The translations under genes and the position numbers were made by a program. Of a stretch of 54,409 nucleotides of DNA, positions 17,087 through 25,648 are shown piece after piece. The notes under the pieces are model-generated. The model saw only the letters and a list, made by a program, of their open reading frames with translations. It was not told the origin of the DNA and searched no databases. Each line of letters starts with the position of its first letter. The stretch's first letter is position 1. This DNA comes from a virus (Duplodnaviria; Caudoviricetes), in IMG/VR virus record IMGVR_UViG_3300033475_000030, positions 1 to 54,409 of that record. One strand, written 5' to 3'.

Positions 17087-17977
17087 TCAGGCGAGGCTGT
17101 TGAGCAGCTCGCGGAAAGCAGCGTCGGGGGCCTTAACGGCATCAGCGAGGCCCGACGTAACCCCCGCAGCACCAAGAAATGTTCCGGCTTCCATCGCGCG
17201 AATTTTGCTCGCGGCGACGTCTCGGTTGCGGGAAACTGTGTTGATGAACAGTTCCCCAAGCTCGTCCATATCGGCTTGAAAACGCTTCTGCGCTTCCGTG
17301 CTGAGGGGCTTCTCAGCCGCGCCGTCAGTCTTGCGGTCACCGTATTGAATGAAGGTGACTGCGATACCCTCTTTTTCGAGCGCCTTGGACCAATCTACGT
17401 GACAGGCCACGACGCCAATTGAGCCAGTTCCGCCAGTGCGCGGCACGGTAATGTGGTCGCATGCGCTGGCAATGGCATAGGCGGCCGAGTAAGCAACCTC
17501 GTTCAGGATTCCCCAAACCGGCTTCTCACCACGCGCGCTGAAGATTTCGTCCACCAGATCGAAGCAGCCAGCGACCTCGCCCCCCGGGGAGTCGATGTCG
17601 AGCGCAACGGCCCTCACTGCGGGATCACAAAGCGCCGTCAGGAAGTTCTGTCGAATGCCGTCATACCCCGTCATGCCGGAAAAAGGTCGGAGGTAGCCGT
17701 TCTTCTGAACCAGCGTCCCGTAGACTGGGATGACGGCGACGCCCTCGACAACCTCATAGCCCTTGTCACCACGATCATGATCGCGCGTGCTGAAAAGCAC
17801 CTCACCGTCATCATCGAACGCCATGGGCACGACGGCGACCTGTTCGCCGGAACTGCGGAACATGTGCGCAACGCCAAGGCGATCAGCGAGCGCAGCGATG
17901 ATTACCTCGGCCTTGCCAGGAGCAATTGCCAGGGGCGTATTGAAGATGCGCTGCGATAGGTGGGGAAGTCGGTTCAT
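17087..17977 (-). CDS. S49 capsid maturation protease
   Basis: G.LV.K, MTGYDGIR, LDIDSPGGEV.G, AYSAAY.IASA, GSIGV. Confidence 0.95.
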   Translation of the reverse strand: MNRLPHLSQRIFNTPLAIAPGKAEVIIAALADRLGVAHMFRSSGEQVAVVPMAFDDDGEVLFSTRDHDRGDKGYEVVEGVAVIPVYGTLVQKNGYLRPFSGMTGYDGIRQNFLTALCDPAVRAVALDIDSPGGEVAGCFDLVDEIFSARGEKPVWGILNEVAYSAAYAIASACDHITVPRTGGTGSIGVVACHVDWSKALEKEGIAVTFIQYGDRKTDGAAEKPLSTEAQKRFQADMDELGELFINTVSRNRDVAASKIRAMEAGTFLGAAGVTSGLADAVKAPDAAFRELLNSLA

Positions 17978-18180
17978 GCCGAATGACCACTTTGCAGGTC
18001 AGCATCGATCTGCGCCAGGTAGGCTGCGCATTCAGCGCCGTAACTCGGCTCCTGTCCGGCCGCCTGCTCCGTCATAAACTCCCGGATGGTCGTGATCTCG
18101 CGCCCAAATTCTTCGGGATCTTCTACGTATCGACGCATCCACTCGTTCAGAGCGGCGGCCATCTGGTTCTGGTTCATCAT
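17974..18180 (-). CDS. Small hypothetical protein between portal and protease
   Basis: MMNQNQMAAALNEWMRRY...EPSYG.ECAAYL; fills the gap exactly, and its stop overlaps the protease ATG. Confidence 0.7.
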   Translation of the reverse strand: MMNQNQMAAALNEWMRRYVEDPEEFGREITTIREFMTEQAAGQEPSYGAECAAYLAQIDADLQSGHSA

Positions 18181-18181
18181 G

Positions 18182-19852
18182 TTAGCCACCCGATCCAATC
18201 TTCCCGCCGTCCGGCTGAGATGCGATGCCCTGGTAGATTTGCGGAAGCTCCAAGCCATTGGCCTTAAAGCGCGCTATCTCGATACGGCGCTGGTCGATGA
18301 TCTCTTCCCAGTCCTCGCCCTGCTCAGCCGCCTCGTCTTCCAGGGTGGAAAGACCAGACTGCATCGCCAGGGTAGAGGCCCGGATTTCATCAAGCGGGTT
18401 GACCCAACCACGGCCAGGCTTCAGCCAGCGGCACTTCGAATAGGCGGCACGGAAATCCATGAACGGAGGAGCGCCTGAGGGAAGCGGCAGATCCTCGAAC
18501 TCCATGATCTCCTCCAGGAACGCAGCACGAATCGGATTAGCGAACCCGGCTTCGAAGCCTTTGGTCCTCCGGTTGAACGTCTTCAGGATCTCGTTCGTGG
18601 CGCCGCGGAAACTGGAGTAGTTCGTCCGCGAAAAGTCACCACTCAATTGCTCGTACGTGATTCCGATTCCGCCGGCCACATGGCGCAGTATCGCAACCTC
18701 GAACGGCTCGAAATTGGACGTCGGTCGCGAGGCGCTGACGGTGCCGATCTCCTCGCCAGGGAACAGGTGTGTCATCTGCACATCGCCCACGAGCGATTTG
18801 CGATCACGCCACCACTCGCCACGCTCATGCTGGTATTGGCCTAGAGGGGTGTCCTCCGTGCCATCGCCGGCCGTCATAGCCTCCTCGATCATCTGAGGGT
18901 CGTATGGGCTGCGAACGTAGGCCGAGAAAATCGCGTTGATGACCGCTGCATCAAGCTCGGTGCTATCGTAGCGGCTCAGCATCTTCAGGCGCTGCAAGAT
19001 CGGTGTCAGGACGCCGACACCACCATGGTGTTGCGCTGCACGATCATGATCATAGTCGTGGACGACGATGGGACGGCCCCATTCCGTCGCGCGCGGCAGG
19101 TAATCCCAATGGACGCTCTTGGCCGCATTGAACCAATCGCCCTGATGAGCGCGCCGAATCCAGTAGCCCTGCGGCACGCCGAAATCGTCGACCTTCACGC
19201 CGCCGCGGTTGGCATTGTCGTCAAACTTCTGTTGCGGGTTGCTCAGGCGATCGGGGTCGATCAACTGGATGCAGGTCGCATAGCGGGCGCGACCCGGGCC
19301 AAGAATCTCTGGTCGGTAGAGCATAACGGCGAGGGCATCGCCGTCGATCAGCTTGTGCCGCATTGCCACCCAGAAAAGCTGGGGGACGGTCAGGCATTGC
19401 ATCGCATCGGCATGGTGACCGATGTCCTCTGACCATGTGCGCCAGCATGCATCGATCGCGTGGCCGTACTCATCAGCCCAAACGGCATCGAACGCGCTGT
19501 TGCCGGTATGGTAGGCGAGGGCGCGATAGTCTGGTTTCGAGATCGGGCGGAATTCCGCGCCGATAACATTGTCCAGGATGCGGGTGATGCCACCGCGCGC
19601 CCAGCCATCATTACGTTCAACGTCGCGAGCACGAGAGACAATGCGGTCGCGGAAATACTGCGATGTCTCGCCGTCCGGGCTCCATAGATAGGGAGTCCAG
19701 GCAGCCATCTGCGGGCTATAAAGATCAGCCGCATCATATGGAGCATTGCCGCGGCCATGAAGCGCGCGGGCCTTTGGCGGCCCACCAGAGAGTCCGCGCT
19801 TGCGCGAGGGCTGCAGAGGATGGCCATCGGGACCTAAGATTTTAACAGTCAT
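18182..19852 (-). CDS. Portal protein, lambda family
   Basis: R.RD..RND, DGDAL, QLIDPDRLSNP, YEQLS.D.S..NYSS.R, W..PGRGWV.P..E. Confidence 0.95.
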   Translation of the reverse strand: MTVKILGPDGHPLQPSRKRGLSGGPPKARALHGRGNAPYDAADLYSPQMAAWTPYLWSPDGETSQYFRDRIVSRARDVERNDGWARGGITRILDNVIGAEFRPISKPDYRALAYHTGNSAFDAVWADEYGHAIDACWRTWSEDIGHHADAMQCLTVPQLFWVAMRHKLIDGDALAVMLYRPEILGPGRARYATCIQLIDPDRLSNPQQKFDDNANRGGVKVDDFGVPQGYWIRRAHQGDWFNAAKSVHWDYLPRATEWGRPIVVHDYDHDRAAQHHGGVGVLTPILQRLKMLSRYDSTELDAAVINAIFSAYVRSPYDPQMIEEAMTAGDGTEDTPLGQYQHERGEWWRDRKSLVGDVQMTHLFPGEEIGTVSASRPTSNFEPFEVAILRHVAGGIGITYEQLSGDFSRTNYSSFRGATNEILKTFNRRTKGFEAGFANPIRAAFLEEIMEFEDLPLPSGAPPFMDFRAAYSKCRWLKPGRGWVNPLDEIRASTLAMQSGLSTLEDEAAEQGEDWEEIIDQRRIEIARFKANGLELPQIYQGIASQPDGGKIGSGG

Positions 19853-19855
19853 GGC

Positions 19856-20122
19856 TCAGCGATACCAAAACCGCATCGGGCGCCGCGCAGTGCGAATGAT
19901 GCCAAGCTGGGCTTGCAGTTCCTTGATCAGCATGACGAGGTTCTGCAGGGTCGCTGGCGTATAGGTGATCGACTTCGCGCCATCGCCCTGTGTATAGGCC
20001 GCGGCCTGAACTTTCCCGCCGGTCGTCAGATCAAGGTAAGCTTGCTGCGCGCTAGCGAGCGCCGCCTGCAATTGCTGCGTCGACATCCCCGCGAGGATCG
20101 AGGTTCGCGGGTTGAAGCGCAT
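19856..20122 (-). CDS. Head-tail adaptor gpW-like
   Basis: L..AQ.AY.DL.TGGK...Y.QGDG.KS.TY, I..LQ.QLG...RRP. Confidence 0.9.
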   Translation of the reverse strand: MRFNPRTSILAGMSTQQLQAALASAQQAYLDLTTGGKVQAAAYTQGDGAKSITYTPATLQNLVMLIKELQAQLGIIRTARRPMRFWYR

Positions 20123-20171
20123 AGGGAAGTCTCCATCTAAGGGCTATGGCGCCTCTCGACGCTGAACACGG

Positions 20172-22205
20172 TCACGCCCCAGGCAGGCGACCAGCGAGGC
20201 CACTCCTACGCCTCACGGGCTGTGCCGTATGGATCGTTGGACCACGCGGCGTGTGCGCTTGCGCCGCTGCTGGCGTGTAGACAGGCCCCTGAATAACGGG
20301 CGCGGCCATTGGAGCGGGCTCGGCGCGGGCTGCAACGTACGGCTTCGCGACCGCCTCAGCCCTCTGGTTCAACTTCAGGCCCATATGGAGGAGGCCGCAC
20401 AACGCAGCATAGGAATAAACAGCGAGGTCGAGCGCTTCGTTTGCCCTGCCCGCCGCCAGTTCCCACACGCGGAATCTCTGACCGTTAACCGCCTTCGTCA
20501 CCAGCCGCTCGGAAATGAGCTGCGCGAAGAAGTTGATGTCTCGATCAGACGGGTAATGCATGTAGCCCGGCGATGGTTCATCAGCGCCCGGCTGCTCTTG
20601 GGCGAGGCGAGACCGGATGATATCCTTCGCCGCATTTACCCCGATGATTACCGGGCGAAATGCCTGCTTGTTCCGTGCACTTGGCTTTTTGGTGGGCCAC
20701 ACTGGCGACCGAATGCCGCCACGCGCAGACTCACCCTTCACCGCCCAAATGCGACGCCCCAGCCGGGCCTTGCAGAACTCATAGACCTTCTGTGTGTGAT
20801 GGCCGCCCGAATCAATGCAGGCCGCCGCAATCTCAAATTCTCTGCCGTCAGCACGACGCCATTTGCGCTTCAAGTAGGCGTCGACCTGAGCCCATAGGGA
20901 TGGACTGTCGGGGTCTCCTTCGATCACTTCATGGGCAATCGACCAACGCTCTTCGTTGGCGCCCCATCCGGCAATCTCTATCTCGACGCGATCGTCCTGA
21001 ACGTCGCCGCTCGCAGTCAGAACGGCTACCCTGCTAGGGACTTCTCCGGCCCAGACCTCGGTGCGAGCAACCAAGAGACGCTCGCTCAGCGCTTTGTCGC
21101 CGCGGTCCTCGTAAGGCTCGCCGAGCACGAGGTTGATGAAGGTCTGCCGCCTTAGAGGGTCGTCCTTCACCTCAAGCCACTCGGCCGCCAGGTTCGCCCA
21201 GGATGCGTTCACATGCAGGCTGTAGCCGGCCCAGATATGGAACCCGGCATGGCCATTGAACGGCTTAGCAGCGCGCCACTCGCCAGCCGAGATCATCTCG
21301 GGCTTGTCGGCCTCTTCGATGATGCATCCATTGGCGCGGCAGGCGTAGAAGGCAGTCTCTGGCTGGTGGCGCCCCTGTTCATCTTTGCGCCACTTGATGC
21401 CGTGAGGCGTATCCCGTCCGCCCCACTCTAGGTACTGCATTTCCCCGCAGTGCGGGCACGGGACGTAATATCTGCGCTGGTCGCTCTGCTCCCAGCTTTT
21501 TTCAATCCGGCTCAAGCCCTTCACCGTGGGGGTGCTGCCGAGCACGATCTTGCGATTCCAAAAGGTCTCGGTACGCTTGATGCCGAGGGCAATTTGGTCG
21601 CCCTCCGATCCAGCGCCCCCAGACGGGTAGCCATCGACCTCATCGAACAGGGCGACGCGGACGGTAATGCGCCGGAAGCCGCCCGGGCTATTAGCTCCGA
21701 CCAGGGTTAGGCTGGAGCCATTCAGGAGCGTCTTCTTGAGGATGGTCTGACTGCCATCCTTGGCCTTCGGGTCGCCCGCAATCTGCGCCAGGACCGGCAC
21801 GTCGCGCAGCATCGGCGCGATCTCGGTCTTGCTGTAGTCCTCGGCATCCTCCACGCGAGGCTGCACGACCAGAATTGGCGACGGGTCCTGATGAAGGAAA
21901 TACCCGATCGTATGGTCAAGAACCTTCGTGTAGCCGACGCGGGCGCCCTTCATCACCGTGATTGTCGTCACGGCGGGGTCGGTGATGGCATCCATCATGC
22001 CGACCTGATAGGCGTAGGCTCGAAAGCGACCGGTCTGCGCGCTGGTTTCCGGCGATAGGACCGCATAGCGGTCTGCCCACTGGCTTAGGGTCAGCTTAGG
22101 GGGCGGCTTTAGGTTCTGGTGTCGGGCTTCGTTCAGGCTGGCTAGGAGCGCCCTGTAGCCCCGTTCATAGCGCCGCGTCTCAGTCGACGGCGCTGTCTCC
22201 GTCAC
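20172..22205 (-). CDS. Terminase large subunit (lambda gpA family)
   Basis: LSQWAD, KGARVGYT, LFDEVDGYP, STPT, Y.PCPHCG, DVQ.DR.E, IDSGG, NEALD. Confidence 0.97.
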   Translation of the reverse strand: MTETAPSTETRRYERGYRALLASLNEARHQNLKPPPKLTLSQWADRYAVLSPETSAQTGRFRAYAYQVGMMDAITDPAVTTITVMKGARVGYTKVLDHTIGYFLHQDPSPILVVQPRVEDAEDYSKTEIAPMLRDVPVLAQIAGDPKAKDGSQTILKKTLLNGSSLTLVGANSPGGFRRITVRVALFDEVDGYPSGGAGSEGDQIALGIKRTETFWNRKIVLGSTPTVKGLSRIEKSWEQSDQRRYYVPCPHCGEMQYLEWGGRDTPHGIKWRKDEQGRHQPETAFYACRANGCIIEEADKPEMISAGEWRAAKPFNGHAGFHIWAGYSLHVNASWANLAAEWLEVKDDPLRRQTFINLVLGEPYEDRGDKALSERLLVARTEVWAGEVPSRVAVLTASGDVQDDRVEIEIAGWGANEERWSIAHEVIEGDPDSPSLWAQVDAYLKRKWRRADGREFEIAAACIDSGGHHTQKVYEFCKARLGRRIWAVKGESARGGIRSPVWPTKKPSARNKQAFRPVIIGVNAAKDIIRSRLAQEQPGADEPSPGYMHYPSDRDINFFAQLISERLVTKAVNGQRFRVWELAAGRANEALDLAVYSYAALCGLLHMGLKLNQRAEAVAKPYVAARAEPAPMAAPVIQGPVYTPAAAQAHTPRGPTIHTAQPVRRRSGLAGRLPGA

Positions 22206-22755
22206 GGGTCAATTCCTCTAGCGCCTCGACAATGATGGCCTGTAAAGCATCCTGCATCTCCGCAGCCGTCTTCAGGCGATGAAGGCGGGGGGTTTGTTCT
22301 GCTGGGATCGCCAGGAGGCGCGTCCGAACCTTCGCGTATTCTTGGCCAACAGCGCGAGCGACTTCGGTAACAGAGACAACCTGCCCCGACTTTTGGTCGT
22401 ATTCGAGCTGGCGCAGGAGCGCGAGGAAGTTCTCCTTGATTCGCTCGGCCTCAAGCAAATCGTAGGGCGCGCCGCTCTGCGCGATGATGCGCTCAGCCGC
22501 CTGCGACGGACTCTCGTGATCGGCTGCGGGCGGTGCGGACACGTCGCGTTGTGCGGACACTGGGGCGCGGACGCTTGGCGACTTAGCTGCGCGAGGTCGC
22601 ACAGATTTGCGCCAGTCAGTTCCGACCAACGCCGGGTCCAGGGTTCCGTCAGAAAGCTTGGCAAGCCGCCCGCTTTCGATGCCGCGGCGCACTTGCTTGT
22701 CGTCTAGGCCAGACCGCTTGGCGAACTCGCGAATGGATATGCCGGCTGCGGACAA
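22180..22755 (-). CDS. Terminase small subunit (Nu1-like)
   Basis: N-terminal wHTH SIREFA...V.R.I..GRL; A.LR.LEY....G..V; R.RLL.IP. Confidence 0.88.
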   Translation of the reverse strand: MSAAGISIREFAKRSGLDDKQVRRGIESGRLAKLSDGTLDPALVGTDWRKSVRPRAAKSPSVRAPVSAQRDVSAPPAADHESPSQAAERIIAQSGAPYDLLEAERIKENFLALLRQLEYDQKSGQVVSVTEVARAVGQEYAKVRTRLLAIPAEQTPRLHRLKTAAEMQDALQAIIVEALEELTRDGDSAVD

Positions 22756-22784
22756 CTTTTAATGGCCTATGTCTAGGGATACAT

Positions 22785-22829
22785 CGCGGTGCGAATGACC
22801 CGTGATGCAAGACCCTCCAAGGAGGACCC
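22785..22829 (-). other. cos site (cosQ plus cosN); predicted 12-nt end GGTCATTCGCAC
   Basis: GGGTCCT (identical to lambda cosQ), 22 nt ending ACG, a 12-mer, then CGCG, as in lambda ACG-GGGCGGCGACCT-CGCG; just upstream of terS. Confidence 0.75.
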
Positions 22830-22932
22830 AAAATCGCATAGCTCGGCCAATATCCATGCTCCATGTGCATGGATGGGCACCTCAGAGTCAAATCGACCGA
22901 GATGCACCCTCAGAATCGCTCTCGATGAACGC

Positions 22933-23649
22933 TCATCTCGCCGTTGCGAGCGCCTTCACCATTGCGGCTTCGAAGTTCCGGTTGAAGTTCCGGCCGACCG
23001 ATGCCGTCACTACACCGTAGAAATCCCACTTCGGATTGTAGGTAGCCTTTGGATCGAATGCGATCAGGCGACGCAGCTTGTGACCGGGCAGCCGCTGGAA
23101 GAACCCACCAGGACCACCAGCGGGGCCACGCCCGCTCATCTTGAAGACGCCCGTATTGGCGGCAACCAACTTCGGTCTGCGAACGCCCTTGATCTTGGGC
23201 ATTCCCTTGGCGGCATTCACTGCGACGCGCCGGGCGGCCTCGGCCTTAGCTTGGTTTGTCAGCCTTGCAAGGAAGCCGGGTTTGAGTGGATCTTTGCCAG
23301 ATCCAGGCAGGACTAGCGCTCGGGCTTGGATGCGGGTGTTGTCCGCTCCCGTTCTCGTTCCACCAAGGATCTCGAACTGCAGATATTTCTCTTGCTGCGG
23401 CCTGAGCCCGATTGTGACTCTTTGGCTGGCCTTCGTCGCCATCTGCCCAGGCAGCACGAATACAGCATTGCGCGTGAACGCATTGGCGCGGGTGAAGATG
23501 CGCGCCGCGGATTGGTTTGCGTCCTGCACTGCCTGCTTGGCGGTAGCATTCAGCCCCATTGCCGTGGCGAAAGCTACTTGCTTCGGCGCCTCGGTTTTGA
23601 GGTATTTTTGGATCTGCCTGGTATCGACCTTGATTGCGAGTCCGGTCAC
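22933..23649 (-). CDS. Basic virion morphogenesis/tail-completion-like protein
   Basis: KQV.FATA..LN.TA...F.R...FT, YL..EI.GG.R, Y.P.WDF, F..A...A..TAR; a family typically found upstream of terS. Confidence 0.55.
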   Translation of the reverse strand: MTGLAIKVDTRQIQKYLKTEAPKQVAFATAMGLNATAKQAVQDANQSAARIFTRANAFTRNAVFVLPGQMATKASQRVTIGLRPQQEKYLQFEILGGTRTGADNTRIQARALVLPGSGKDPLKPGFLARLTNQAKAEAARRVAVNAAKGMPKIKGVRRPKLVAANTGVFKMSGRGPAGGPGGFFQRLPGHKLRRLIAFDPKATYNPKWDFYGVVTASVGRNFNRNFEAAMVKALATAR

Positions 23650-23653
23650 CAGT

Positions 23654-24583
23654 CTATTCCGGCAGATAGTTGCTAGAGCTGTCGTCGGGACGAACGTGCG
23701 TGTAGCGCGTCGTGGTGGTGAGCGACGCGTGGCCTAGCGACTGCTGCACAACGTGGATGGGCGCGCCATGGTCCAGAGCATGACTCGCGTGCGAGTGCCG
23801 GAGCCAATGGGCGGACGCTTTGTGCGACAGGCCAGCCCGAGCCGCAGCGGCTTTGACGATATTGTGGATCTGCGACTGAAACAGAGGGCCGCCCTGTCGG
23901 GACCGGAAGATCGGATCGTCCGGCCCGGCATCGCCCTTCAGGGCTAGGAGCTGCTTCCACAGCTTGAGCGGCACTAGAACGAAACGGGTCTTGCCACCCT
24001 TTCCAAAGACGGTGATCTGGCCACCCTTGCGAGTGCCCTTAGTGTCGCGCCAGGCGAGGGTGCAGACTTCAGCGCGCCTGAGCCCGCAGCTATAAACCAC
24101 GCGAAGCAGAACGTGATTGCGCGGGTTCGGCTCCAGGCTCAGCATGCGCTGGACCTCAGCCTCTTCGAGAATGCGCTCGGCGAGCGTTTCCTTCAGAGCT
24201 GGGAGTCGAACGGGTCGACCGACGTCGAAGGACAGATAGCCGATACGATGAGCGAACCCGAGAAGACTTTTGACCGCTGCCAGCTTTCGGCGACGGGTGG
24301 CCGGCGCCAACGATGCTAGGGACTCATCCCACTGCTGAACGTCGCCAAGCGACACCTGAGCGAGCGTCTTGCCGGTCGAAAATAGGAACGTCGACACGTC
24401 AGCGCGGTAGGCTTGGACAGTCAATGTCGACCGTCCGTGAAGCCAAAGGCGGATGCAATCTTCGTCGTTATTCTTAACATCTGAAATCAGCGCCGGGGCG
24501 AGGTTATCGCCGACCTGGGCGTTGGCCGTCAGAAGCACGTCAGAACCTATGTGAATTTCTTGAGTTATGCTGGCCATTTCCAC
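23654..24583 (-). CDS. Xer-like tyrosine recombinase (second recombinase)
   Basis: Complete catalytic set YSCGLR, GKGGK, H.LRH, LGH, TTRY; SAM-like N-terminus WLHGRS..T..AYR.DV; no arm-binding domain; true start may be somewhat downstream. Confidence 0.92.
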   Translation of the reverse strand: MEMASITQEIHIGSDVLLTANAQVGDNLAPALISDVKNNDEDCIRLWLHGRSTLTVQAYRADVSTFLFSTGKTLAQVSLGDVQQWDESLASLAPATRRRKLAAVKSLLGFAHRIGYLSFDVGRPVRLPALKETLAERILEEAEVQRMLSLEPNPRNHVLLRVVYSCGLRRAEVCTLAWRDTKGTRKGGQITVFGKGGKTRFVLVPLKLWKQLLALKGDAGPDDPIFRSRQGGPLFQSQIHNIVKAAAARAGLSHKASAHWLRHSHASHALDHGAPIHVVQQSLGHASLTTTTRYTHVRPDDSSSNYLPE

Positions 24584-24612
24584 CCTTTCGAGGGCGGTTT
24601 GACCACCATTTC

Positions 24613-24642
24613 AGTTGGACATAACGGCACTTATGTGCAACT
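24613..24642. other. dif-like recombination site
   Basis: AGTTGGACATAA-CGGCAC-TTATGTGCAACT: 12-bp arms (1 mismatch), 6-bp spacer, CATAA/TTATG inner motif as in E. coli dif. Confidence 0.8.
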
Positions 24643-24674
24643 CGCTAGGCCCTGAATGGGCATTGTGGGCGTGG

Positions 24675-24872
24675 TTATTGTCCAACTCGTGGATGCACGC
24701 GAGTGCCTACGCCGGCACCGAGAAAATCCATCACGCTGATGAAGTCGCGCTCAAGTTGATCCGGGTCATCCCGAAGTCTCACCTCAAGCGATCGTCTCGC
24801 GGCGATTGGGGCAATGCGGGAAGGCGGAACGGCCTGCAGAATCTCATCAATGATGGAAGTGCTTGACATCAC
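24675..24872 (-). CDS. Hypothetical protein
   Basis: Translationally coupled to the upstream ORF. Confidence 0.5.
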   Translation of the reverse strand: MMSSTSIIDEILQAVPPSRIAPIAARRSLEVRLRDDPDQLERDFISVMDFLGAGVGTRVHPRVGQ

Positions 24873-25129
24873 AGCCTCACGCCGCGCTCGTTCCTGCTCT
24901 CAACCTGAGCAACCCTTCGGCGCACCGCGCTTGGGTCGAGATCGGCGAGCAAGCACCAATCATCGAACGATTGCGCCCACTCACCATGCCGGATTGTCAG
25001 GAAGAGCTTTGCCTCTCGGCGTTCCCTTGGATTGGCGCCGCGCTCAAATGCATCCCAGAACGCTCTAGCCAAGACGGCCTGCGCTAGAGTGCGCACGTCG
25101 GAAGCATTCAGGCCGCGATCAGGAAGCAT
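24869..25129 (-). CDS. Phage hypothetical protein
   Basis: AV..RA..DA...EA..FL...F..WC.LA.LDP..VR helical pattern; coupled overlaps. Confidence 0.65.
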   Translation of the reverse strand: MLPDRGLNASDVRTLAQAVLARAFWDAFERGANPRERREAKLFLTIRHGEWAQSFDDWCLLADLDPSAVRRRVAQVESRNERGVRL

Positions 25130-25538
25130 GAATTGCGCCGCGACGTTTGCCCGAACGCATCATCATCTGCGCAGCCTCAGCGAATTCTTGGAGGACTTCG
25201 GCAGATACTTTTTCGAATTGGCTTTCGATACGCACGGTGGTCATCGCCCGTTGATGAGCGCCCCCGATGCGGACCATAAGACCTATCGGGCATTCGCCGG
25301 CCTGTTCGACGAAATCTTCCCAGCGCTCTGGACGGCCGGCCCGCACAACGGGATGCCGAAGTCGGATGCCAGTTCCCGCTCGCTGCTCGATTGTGGAGAT
25401 CGCAACGTCCCCACCGCGCTCGTTCTCGGAATCGGCTACTATTGGAAAGACGATGACAGGACCTTCGTCTTCGACGACCCACACAACAGCCTGAAGCTTG
25501 TTCCGCTCAACAACGGAACCCCGCTTAAGTCGGGCCAT
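25119..25538 (-). CDS. Hypothetical protein, possible degenerate PemK/MazF-like fold
   Basis: First ORF after the late promoter and terminator; KRGSVV, VIVFPIV, G...LM.RI pattern. Confidence 0.45.
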   Translation of the reverse strand: MARLKRGSVVERNKLQAVVWVVEDEGPVIVFPIVADSENERGGDVAISTIEQRAGTGIRLRHPVVRAGRPERWEDFVEQAGECPIGLMVRIGGAHQRAMTTVRIESQFEKVSAEVLQEFAEAAQMMMRSGKRRGAIHAS

Positions 25539-25561
25539 GCACCACCGATTTCTGAGGTATG

Positions 25562-25596
25562 AAAAGCAAAAACCCGCTGCGCATTCCTGCGGCGGG
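25562..25596 (-). terminator. tR'-like intrinsic terminator
   Basis: CCCGCCGC-N8-GCAGCGGG (1 mismatch) followed by TTTTTGCTTTT. Confidence 0.65.
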
Positions 25597-25608
25597 ATCA
25601 TGCCATAG

Positions 25609-25637
25609 TCCATACGCGAAACAGGGGGTATGCGCAA
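25609..25637 (-). promoter_or_regulatory. Putative late promoter (pR'-like)
   Basis: TTGCGC-N17-TATGGA directly after the DUF6362-like gene. Confidence 0.5.
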
Positions 25638-25648
25638 AGGCTAAATGG

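Noticed and set aside
23654-24583. Second recombinase as a tail-fibre invertase or shufflon enzyme
   Set aside because: It is 22 kb from the fibre genes and I saw no paired inverted sites there; a partial CATAA-N6-TTGTG near 13646 lacks outer arm symmetry. The region left of the window cannot be assessed
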